From Amoebophrya sp. A120 (Eukaryota > Protista > Dinoflagellata), in NCBI GenBank assembly GCA_905178155.1, contig CAJINV010000038.1, positions 1 through 11,428 of the forward strand: a stretch of 11,428 nt of DNA. The letters run 5' to 3'. The notes under the pieces were generated by a model. It searched no databases. It worked only from the letters and a program-made list of their open reading frames with translations, and had not been told where the DNA came from. How positions within the stretch are numbered: the stretch's first letter is position 1; every line of letters starts with the position of its first letter. Below are positions 1-7,757 of the stretch, one piece after another. The position numbers were made by a program, and so were the translations under genes.

Positions 1-2
1 GA

Positions 3-20
3 CGGTAGGCCAGCCTACCG
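3..20. other. Perfect 8-bp inverted repeat (CGGTAGGC-ca-GCCTACCG)
   Basis: Seen directly: 3-10 is the reverse complement of 13-20. Function unknown. Confidence 0.6.
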
Positions 21-74
21 AGGTGCGTCCTGTTCCTTCTGCTTTGCTGTCAGTCGGAACACCGGGAAAACGAG

Positions 75-281
75 ACCAGCATCCCGAAGCCGCATGGTAT
101 GAGCTCCAAGCGGCAGAACTGGGGTTCTCGGGAAGCAGAGAACACCAGAAGCCCGAAACCGCATTGCACGAGCTCGAAGCGGCAGATCTGGGGTTCTCGG
201 GAAGCGGAGAGCACCAGCATCCCGAAGCCGCATGGTATGAGCTCCAGGCGGCAGAACTGGGGTTCTCGGGAAGCAGAGAAA
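75..281. repeat. Minisatellite, 3 x 69 bp
   Basis: Units start at 75, 144 and 213 (ACCAGCATCCCGAAGCCGCATGGTATGAGCTC...GGGGTTCTCGGGAAGCAGAGAA). Units 1 and 3 are nearly identical and unit 2 is more diverged. Each contains GAGCTC. Confidence 0.93.
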
Positions 282-302
282 CCTGTGCCGCACGGCACAC
301 TT

Positions 303-1930
303 GTGGATGGGGCCGGCGGATTTTTGCTGCAAAAACGGTGGCGCGGGAAGTTTGGCCAAAAATTATTTTTGGCCAAATCAGCGGACGCCCGAAATTCAAA
401 CCAAAAACGCCGGGGCAGGGACCAGCCCGGAGGAGGAGCGTTGGGAAGATCAGTCCGTCGGCTTACCGGCGCAGCTGCCGCTCTGCCTGGCAGCAGGCAA
501 CCAAGGAACACGAGGAGCCCTGGGTCGCCGGACTTTTGCTTTAAAAACGGAGGCGCGGAAACTTTGGCCAAAAATTTTTTTTGGCCAAATCTTCGGCCAG
601 CCGAAATTCAAACCCGAAACGCCAAGGGACGAGACCAGCCAGGAGGGAGAACTTTGGGAACGCAAGTCCCCCGGCTTGCCGGCGCAGTTCCCGCCCAGGC
701 CGGGCAGCCAAGGAACCTGAGGGGCCCAGCGAAGTGCTCGGGCGACCGGCCCCCTGATGGGTGGGCCGGCGGATTTTTGCTGCAAAAACGACGGCGCGGA
801 AACTTTGGCCAAAAAATTTTTTTGGCCAAATCAGCGGGCCGCCGAAATTCGAACCCAAAGCCAAAGCGCCGGGGTCCGGGACCCGCGGGGGAGGGAGGGG
901 GCTTTGGGAAGATCACTCCCTCGGCCTGCCGGCGCAGCTGCCGCCTGGGCAGGCAGCCAAGGAACCCGGGGGCCCAACGAAGTAAACAACGGGCGACGGG
1001 CTCCATGCTGCCGGGCCCAGCGGGTTTTTGCTGCAAAAACGAAGGCGGGGAAACTTTGGCCAAAAATTTTTTTTGGCCAAATCAGCGGACAGCCGAAATG
1101 CAAACCCAAAACGCCGAGGGCTGCGACCCGCCAGAAGGAGGTTTGGGATGAGTCCCTCGGCGTGCCGGCGCGGCTCCCGCCCTGGCGGGCAACCAAGGAA
1201 CCCGAGGGGCCCAACGAAGTGGTCGGGTGGCGGGCTTCTCGGTGGATGGGCCGGCGGATTTCTGCTGCAAAAAGGAAGGCACGGCAACTTTGGCCAAATA
1301 TTTTTTTTGGCCAAATCAGCGGACCGCCGAAATTGAACCCCGAAACGCCGAGGGCGGGAACCAGCCGGGAAGGGGAACTTTGGGAGGATCAGTCCCTCGT
1401 CCTGCCGGCGCAGCTGCAGCCCTGGCATGCAGCCAAGGAACCCGAGGAGCCCAACGAAGTGGTGGGGCGACGGGTTCTTTCGTGGATGGGTCGGCAGATT
1501 TTTGCTGCAAAAACGAAGGCGCGGGAGCTTCGGCGGAAAAATTTTTTTTGGCCAAACCCGCGGGCTGCTAAAATTCAATGCCAAAAGCAAAACGGCGGGG
1601 CCGGGACGTACTGCCCAAGAGCTGAACGCCACGACGACCAGGCCACCACCCAGCTGGGGCGGGCCAGCTGGTAGGGCCGGAGGCTTCGGGGCGAGGAATC
1701 CGTCTCTTTGCCGCCGGCGCAGGCCAACGGTCCCGGAGCTAGATCCCCGGGACCCGAACGAGACGGGGGGCGACGGCTCTCTTAGTGGCCGGGCCGTTTC
1801 GCCTCGGTTTTGGCTTGCGAGAGAAAAACATAGGCACGGGAACTTTTGCCGAAGAAGTTTTTGGCCGAATATGAAGGCGAATGAAATTCGAAGCCAAAAG
1901 AACGGCGGGGCCGGGCCGCCTTACCCGAAG
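303..1930. repeat. Tandem satellite-like array of ~240-bp units (5 well-conserved, 2 decayed) with a palindromic A/T core
   Basis: TTTGGCCAAA-W7-TTTGGCCAAA starts at 351, 563, 804, 1055 and 1289, with degenerate copies at ~1529 and ~1844. Periods are 212, 241, 251, 234, 240 and ~315. Other shared blocks are TTTTTGCTGCAAAAA, CCGAAATTCAAACC, TTTGGGA, CCGGCGCAGCTGC and CCAAGGAACCCGAGG. Confidence 0.95.
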
Positions 1931-2972
1931 GCGGTGAAACTCCGAGACGACTAGTCCGTCTTTCTGCCGGAGCAGAAGCTCGCCGACATATATTAATTTT
2001 CATATGCCGCTGCACATGCAGCACCAGCCTGGGTCCGCTGCTGCCGTTCAAAGGCGGCAGGTGAGAAGATAGATAAAATGTAGCTACTTACTAGCTGTGA
2101 GGCAAATCATGAAATGATCTTAGCAGCCACGTAGCAACATTCCGATTTCAAAAATGAATGAGTACGCGAAAAAAAATCCGGGGCCTGTTTTTCGAGAGTA
2201 GCAGCACACGAGACTGAGATCGTCTATACTATTTACTTTTTGTTCGATTTACTCGCTCGAGATGTTTTCGTCGACAGCGACACGTGAGGGTGACCTCGAT
2301 GTGTAAACTTCGATGAGTGCTGACGACCTCGAAACTGCCATACGATGACGACGAGTCGACGCAAGAAGAAGGATTGTCAAAGAAATGCCAGTCCTGCCGA
2401 TGCTACTACCGACGTGGCATATTGGTGGTTCCAATAGCAGGGCTCCACACTTATGCCAAACGAAGAATGAAAAAAAGTAGCGAATGACAACACCTTGTGC
2501 GTCGAAGCGCTTTGATCCCCCATCTTGCGCAACTCGATTTGAATATCTACTTCCGGAAGCGCATCATCAGATTTGTGGCTGTCACTCCAATTTTTGCGAT
2601 ATGAAGATGAGACAACCCTGCCCGCAGACGCTCCGGCTCCAGCACTGACTTTCGTACTCGTCGTTGTAGCCGAGCGACGCAGCTATCCTTAGCGGAATCA
2701 GTCGAATAAATTTTCCGGCATCTTCATCACTGCCAGCTGATCCATCGAACGTGGTACGAATTAGAGGTCGCAGCTAGCTGCCCTGCCACATCTCAGTCCT
2801 TTCCACTTCAAACAAGACGGAAGAAGCGGGAACGGTATTTTTTACATACATGAGCAGGTTCCTCCGTAGCTGCTTCTTTCTGTTTCCGCATGTCAGCGCA
2901 AGATGTGAATTCTGTTTCTGTCTTTGCTGCTCTCTGAAAAATGCGACTGCTTCTGCTTCACGTGTTTCGCAG

Positions 2973-3228
2973 CATGAGAAAAAACGCATAAGAGCAGACT
3001 TTGAAGTAGAAGTACGCCATGGACGTGCCTTTAAATCAGGCGCTTCGCCCCTAAAGGAGCTTCAGCACAGCACGAGGCACCGTTGGACAAGAGGCCGCGA
3101 GAGGCGGTTTCCGTACCAGGGAGGCCTACTCGAACAGGGCAAGGCAGCCTCGCACGGGTTTCTCATGGTTCTGACAGAAACAAGCAGCACCGGCGCTTCT
3201 GCTAGAGGCAAGAACAAGTACCTCGAAG
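2973..3228 (+). CDS. Probable upstream exon of the 3343-6189 gene (HEKKRIRADFEVEV...KNKYLE)
   Basis: Part of ORF 2850-3278. It is preceded by a pyrimidine-rich stretch ending TTTCGCAG (2972) and followed by AAG|GTATAC (3229), which splices in frame to TCTTGCAG| (3319). The true start is not determined. Confidence 0.4.
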
Positions 3229-3319
3229 GTATACCGTGTTACGCGCACCGGGCCGTTCCTGTTTTTAGAAGTGGATGAGCATGCTGTATGAAAACTCTGT
3301 CGATCGAGCGATCTTGCAG
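3229..3319 (+). other. Putative 91-nt GT-AG intron
   Basis: GTATAC...TCTTGCAG with phase 1 at both ends. Removing it eliminates the TGA stops at 3276 and 3289 and joins ORF 2850-3278 to the 948-aa frame. Confidence 0.42.
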
Positions 3320-3342
3320 CTGCATCTGATTCTTTATCGTCT

Positions 3343-6189
3343 TTGTGCGCCCTACTTTATCGGAAACGAATAAAGAACATAGTGCAGGTGCTCATTGACC
3401 AGCCATTCGTCCCATCCTCGCGGGAAGCCCGAAACCTGAAGATACTGTCGCCGCTCCTTCTTGGTAGGGCCGAAGAAACAGCTGAGAAGACATCCGCCGC
3501 TGCTGCGGCGAAACAGAAAAGCGAAGCGGTCAACGGAAGCGGCGCGGAAATGGAAATCGACACTGCAGCACACGACAAAAGCCGAGCTTCTTCCCGTTCA
3601 CGAAAACACTCCCATCGCAGGGGACTGGCAACGAGTAGCAAACTAGCCGGAACGGGAACAGCTGTAGCAAGTGGGAAATGCATGAGCGCCAGCGCTCCGA
3701 AAAGCATAGCCGAAGCAAACCCACACCACGTCCCCCAACTACCACAGGACAGCGAGCAGCCACCGACAATGACCATTTCTTGTTCAACTAGCGGAAATGA
3801 AAATGCGATTGTTCCACCGAATTTCGAAGCCGTAAACTTTTCCCTGCCATCTGGTGGAGGTGTCACGAGCTCGAGCAAAAGGATAGCTGCTGCTATGCAA
3901 GAAGCCGATCGCTTCCCCGTGCACTCCAGCATATCTAATGTCGAAAGAAGCGCTCTGCCTGCCTCTTGCTCATCAGCTTCATTCTCGTCCAAGGCAAACC
4001 CTTGCGATGCTGATTGCACAAACAGCAAGTTCGTGGATAGCGGAACCAGCGCGGGCGGAAAAACCTTTTTGAACTCGGATGTCGGGAACAAAGACGGAAG
4101 TTGTTCTTTACTCGCCCAGAAAAAGATTAGCATCGTCGCTGCCAGTGTCGGAAACACAAATGACAATATACCAGTACACGCTGGTGGCGGTCACGAGCCT
4201 GATCGCAGAGAGTCCGGACAAGATCTGCTGCTTCCTTTTTCTGCGGGCGATGAAGGCAAATCTCGAATCATATACCAGGAGAGCTGTACAGGGAAGCCGG
4301 ACGCGGCTAGTGGACACTCTGCTCCGATCACCGAAGATGCCGGGCACAAAAAAGCAAAACGCAAAGAAAAAGACAAGAACAGTGCACCAGCACAGCGAGG
4401 ACTGAACCGGCAAGACAAGAGGAGGCACAACGTTGCAAACTTCTCCCGGGTCAAGGAGTTGCAGCTAGTCACCGAAGCCGATGAGATTCTTTCGGACGAA
4501 ATCAACCAAGCCAGGTGGCTTATCGAACGCATTCATGTCGCAGTAGATTCCGCAATTTGCGATGTGACAGAAACGTGGTTTCTGCAAGGCAGAGCACCTG
4601 GAGACGTCGAAGTAGGAACCGACCCTAACCTGAAGATGAAGGAAGAAGCGGATCTTTTGAGTTTCCGCAGGAACGTGGACTTGGCGGAGTGCGCGATGAA
4701 AAAGCTGAAAAACTTTAAGCCCCTCTGCGACTTGAAATACGACATTCCCGAAGACGCACCTGCGCCACCCGCTTGCTCGCAAAACGAAGACTTCGACGCA
4801 GTTGGCCTTGTGCCAGATTCGGGTGCTCAAATAATTGACCAGAACAAGGCGATTAATTCGCCAGCTGTAGCCGTGGTGAAAGGCTCGGACTCGCGATCTT
4901 CTAAGAACCAGGATTTGGAACAGTCCGCAGCCGCGCTAGGGGACGGCAGTAGCAGGAGCAAGCAGAAGGGCACGGAGGATGGCTACGATCGACCACCAAA
5001 AAAGGTGCAGAAGTCGAGTGCCCTACCGAAAGCCCGGAGCGGAAGCAGCAGCAGCTCCTCTGCTCCTGTGTTCGCACTTGCGCCGCCGCCGCGGACGCAA
5101 TCGGCGAAGACAAGAAAGAATGAGAATCTGCGAAGGGAGAACGAGGTCGACGACCGCAAACAGCCCTTCGAACTGAACGCAACCGGAGGCGTCAAAAGGC
5201 CACTCGCTCCACTATCCGGCGGGCCGTCCCCCGACGACGAGACCGGCGGAAACCCGTGTTCGCCATGGGCGGCAGTAGAGGAGCGCGCCAATGTCTTTTC
5301 CGAGGAGCATCTTCTTGAGGCTGCACCACCACCGGCTTCTCCAAGAATCGTTCCCCTGCCCAAAGAACCCGTGCGGCGACCGACACGCGACTGCAACACG
5401 GCACCCCAGTATAACCCGATCGGCGCACCTACTGTCGGCTTCGCGGCGTTTGCACAGTGCAGCTCGGCACCCGCAGTGCATACACGAGAATTCTGGCTAC
5501 TGTACATCCACGCGGTTCGTCGCGCCGAAGGCATTATCGAGGTTGGTAATCTCATCAGCACCAACCTTGCTGGAAACCGTGCACGAATTTTCATTCCGGA
5601 CGAGCTCCCACTAATCCTCGCGTTTAACAAGCCCAAGTTTGCGACGATTGGTTATTGTTCCTTTTGCAGGTCGTACATAGGGTGGAAGGAAACCAAGGGG
5701 GTCGAAAGACAAGCAAAGTCGATCTTTCACCGGCAGCGGGGCCACGGCGTCTGCTCATCACGGATGTGTCTCGGTGTCGCGTGCATGTCTTCTCCGCTCT
5801 ACCGCATCTCCAACGACCTGCGCAGTCACGATAGCGGTAAGAGAGAATACAAACGCATCATGGCGGTTAAGCAGAACGTATTCGTCGTGGTCAGAACAGG
5901 TAAGAACAAGACGAACCACCAACATCCGAAGCGAAAGAAGAAGAAAACAGGAGGTCAGTTTTCATCGGATTCTGATTCCGTGGCAGAATCGGACACAAGC
6001 GATTCGGCGTCCGAGTTTGATCAAGAAGAATTTGAGTCACAAGTTGCAATCGAAGTAGTGACCCGGAGCGCGGGAGGAAGGAACAGGAGCGACTTCCATG
6101 ACGTGAGCGTGGACGATGAGATGATCAACATCGACAGGCTTTCAGTACCGGACCTGCCCGGAAGCATCATTGGTAATATCGTCTTCTAA
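3343..6189 (+). CDS. Large hypothetical protein (main exon), mostly disordered, with NLS-like motifs and a C-terminal Cys/His putative Zn-binding domain
   Basis: A 948-codon open frame rich in S/A/G/K/P. The listed start is TTG and the first ATG is at 3550. There is a helical-looking segment at ~4440-4745, a globular segment at ~5488-5900 (YCSFCRSYIGWK...H...HGVC...C...C), PKRKKKK at 5926-5946 and an acidic Ser-rich stretch after it. No family was recognised with confidence. Confidence 0.85.
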   Translation: MCALLYRKRIKNIVQVLIDQPFVPSSREARNLKILSPLLLGRAEETAEKTSAAAAAKQKSEAVNGSGAEMEIDTAAHDKSRASSRSRKHSHRRGLATSSKLAGTGTAVASGKCMSASAPKSIAEANPHHVPQLPQDSEQPPTMTISCSTSGNENAIVPPNFEAVNFSLPSGGGVTSSSKRIAAAMQEADRFPVHSSISNVERSALPASCSSASFSSKANPCDADCTNSKFVDSGTSAGGKTFLNSDVGNKDGSCSLLAQKKISIVAASVGNTNDNIPVHAGGGHEPDRRESGQDLLLPFSAGDEGKSRIIYQESCTGKPDAASGHSAPITEDAGHKKAKRKEKDKNSAPAQRGLNRQDKRRHNVANFSRVKELQLVTEADEILSDEINQARWLIERIHVAVDSAICDVTETWFLQGRAPGDVEVGTDPNLKMKEEADLLSFRRNVDLAECAMKKLKNFKPLCDLKYDIPEDAPAPPACSQNEDFDAVGLVPDSGAQIIDQNKAINSPAVAVVKGSDSRSSKNQDLEQSAAALGDGSSRSKQKGTEDGYDRPPKKVQKSSALPKARSGSSSSSSAPVFALAPPPRTQSAKTRKNENLRRENEVDDRKQPFELNATGGVKRPLAPLSGGPSPDDETGGNPCSPWAAVEERANVFSEEHLLEAAPPPASPRIVPLPKEPVRRPTRDCNTAPQYNPIGAPTVGFAAFAQCSSAPAVHTREFWLLYIHAVRRAEGIIEVGNLISTNLAGNRARIFIPDELPLILAFNKPKFATIGYCSFCRSYIGWKETKGVERQAKSIFHRQRGHGVCSSRMCLGVACMSSPLYRISNDLRSHDSGKREYKRIMAVKQNVFVVVRTGKNKTNHQHPKRKKKKTGGQFSSDSDSVAESDTSDSASEFDQEEFESQVAIEVVTRSAGGRNRSDFHDVSVDDEMINIDRLSVPDLPGSIIGNIVF

Positions 6190-6293
6190 ATTCATTTTTA
6201 CGGATATTTCTTGTTCCACCTGCATCCGTACCATGCCACTAAAGGTTCATGTGATACATGGTTGACAAAGAACGCCATCGGTCGCGTTTCCAG
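6173..6293 (+). other. Putative GT-AG intron (121 nt; alternative acceptor at 6244 gives 72 nt)
   Basis: G|GTAATA donor at 6173, an AT/pyrimidine-rich interior containing the ORF stop, and acceptor TTTCCAG| at 6293 or CTAAAG| at 6244. Both acceptors lead into open frames. Confidence 0.5.
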
Positions 6294-6445
6294 TGATCGT
6301 GTTGAAGCAATTGGATCGAAATCCAATAACAGAGTGGCATCAAAGAAACCCAAATGGGATCCCGCAAAGACATCCCGATGAAGACGGGTCGTTCTCCGAA
6401 GAAGCGATGGCGGAAGGCGAAAAACCAGAGCCCGACTTTTTCTAA
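6294..6445 (+). CDS. Probable terminal exon of the large gene (VIVLKQLDRNPITEWHQRNPNGIPQRHPDEDGSFSEEAMAEGEKPEPDFF*)
   Basis: In frame after the 6173-6293 splice and purine-rich like coding sequence. It ends at TAA 6443-6445 and is followed by T-rich, UTR-like sequence. Confidence 0.45.
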
Positions 6446-7757
6446 CCTGTGGATCTAAGTATTTCCATTCACGTCGTTTTCGTGTATAAGTTTCTGGCTC
6501 CTATTCCTTTCTTTTTTGGTCGATGTTGTTCTCCACTTTTCGATCGTCTGATGCTTTACGCGGGCAGCCTGCTGCAGACGTAATAAATTACACAAGGATC
6601 GTCCCATCTGCTCCGGTCACTGAATAGCACAACACCAATTGCTGCTGTGATAAAACAACTACAAAAGAGATGAGCTTCATTGCGGGGCTTCTCGCTTTGC
6701 GTAAAGCAAATGAACAAGAACGGCACTTTGCACGACTTTGCAGATCGATTAGTCACCGCAAGCCCGAACGTTCTCCAAAAGACAGAATAGAATACTCAAA
6801 GACCCCAAATCGCAGCACTGTCACAAAATGGCTTCGGTCGAACACCTGAACAAGACAAAGACTAAGACATGAAAACTTTAGTTGCAAATGAACTTGTACA
6901 AAAGTCAATGACGACAATAACTGCGTTGCCCGTTGCACTTTCTTAACTCAAAGCCGAGAGAAAGGCTGTAGGATGTTTTATTGGCGTTGTTGATTCATGA
7001 TTCGGGGAGAGATCACCATGAGGTGGAAGATGTTGTGTGGGGAGGTGTAATTTCTTCTTCCGAAGAAGGTGGCACTGTCAGCATGATGACTCTAGGCCGG
7101 TCAAGTCCAAGTGCAGCGAGCTAGGGAAGGATTTGATTTGAAACTGAGTTACTTCATGATGATGGAAACTTTTGAGATCACGAAGAATCTATCTGCTAGC
7201 CGCCGTTTCGACATTCAAAATTAAAGACAGTGCGCTGCGGAAATCAAGTTTAGATCGAACCCATAATTCTAGATGAAACAACTCAGCGAGGTAGCTGCTG
7301 GCAAATGGACTATGTTGTTCTCGTTCTTTCTCGAAGACGAGGGTATGGGCCACTATTCCAGCGAAGAAGTAGCAGCCCCACACAGACAAAGATGAAGCTC
7401 AGTCTTTTGCTGCTCTGAATGAAGGTCGTCAAAGTGCCGTCGATCTTGAAAAGAAAAAGATACCCGTTCATCCCGTATTGGTATTTTTGTGTTGGCAAAA
7501 ATGCGTTCTTCATCTTCGTCCTCATCATGCTGCAATCATTTTGTTTGCTTTCACAGACGCGACACAGTATTTCCTTTCTGCAGTAGGACGAGTAGAAATA
7601 CAACAATACAGCGACTATATGTTTCATCAACGAGCAAGTATAATCAGACAGCCGATGTAGTTGTCCTTTGATTTTTTGTGACCACCACACGCACTACCAA
7701 ATTGCTCTCACTCTCCTCGTACAACACCGAAAGAAGCACCTGACCTCCGGGACAAAA

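Noticed and set aside
351-1820. TTTTGGC words resembling the dinoflagellate spliced leader (CCGTAGCCATTTTGGCTCAAG)
   Set aside because: The match is only 7-8 nt, the flanks do not fit, and no relict leader is visible upstream of the genes.
321-1870. CRISPR-like array (palindromic ~27-bp repeats at regular spacing)
   Set aside because: The intervening ~200-bp segments are homologous to each other rather than unique spacers, they are far too long, and there are no cas genes.
15-1954. About 17 overlapping ORFs of 71-350 aa in all six frames
   Set aside because: They are by-products of a GC-rich, stop-poor tandem repeat. The same peptides reappear in different frames because unit lengths are mostly not multiples of 3, and the palindromes give similar peptides on both strands.
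3061-3342. TGA read-through or a non-standard code extending the 948-aa frame upstream (TGAs at ~3172 and 3289)
   Set aside because: The long ORFs use TGG for Trp and contain no in-frame stops. A canonical intron explains the junction more simply.
3352-6058. Antisense and alternate-frame ORFs inside the 948-aa gene (e.g. 3357-4166, 4983-5636)
   Set aside because: Shadow ORFs of a GC-balanced coding region with no recognisable motifs.
6500-7690. Several 60-126 aa ORFs, mostly on the minus strand
   Set aside because: No recognisable domain and no convincing splice path. Treated as intergenic, although a divergent multi-exon gene cannot be excluded.
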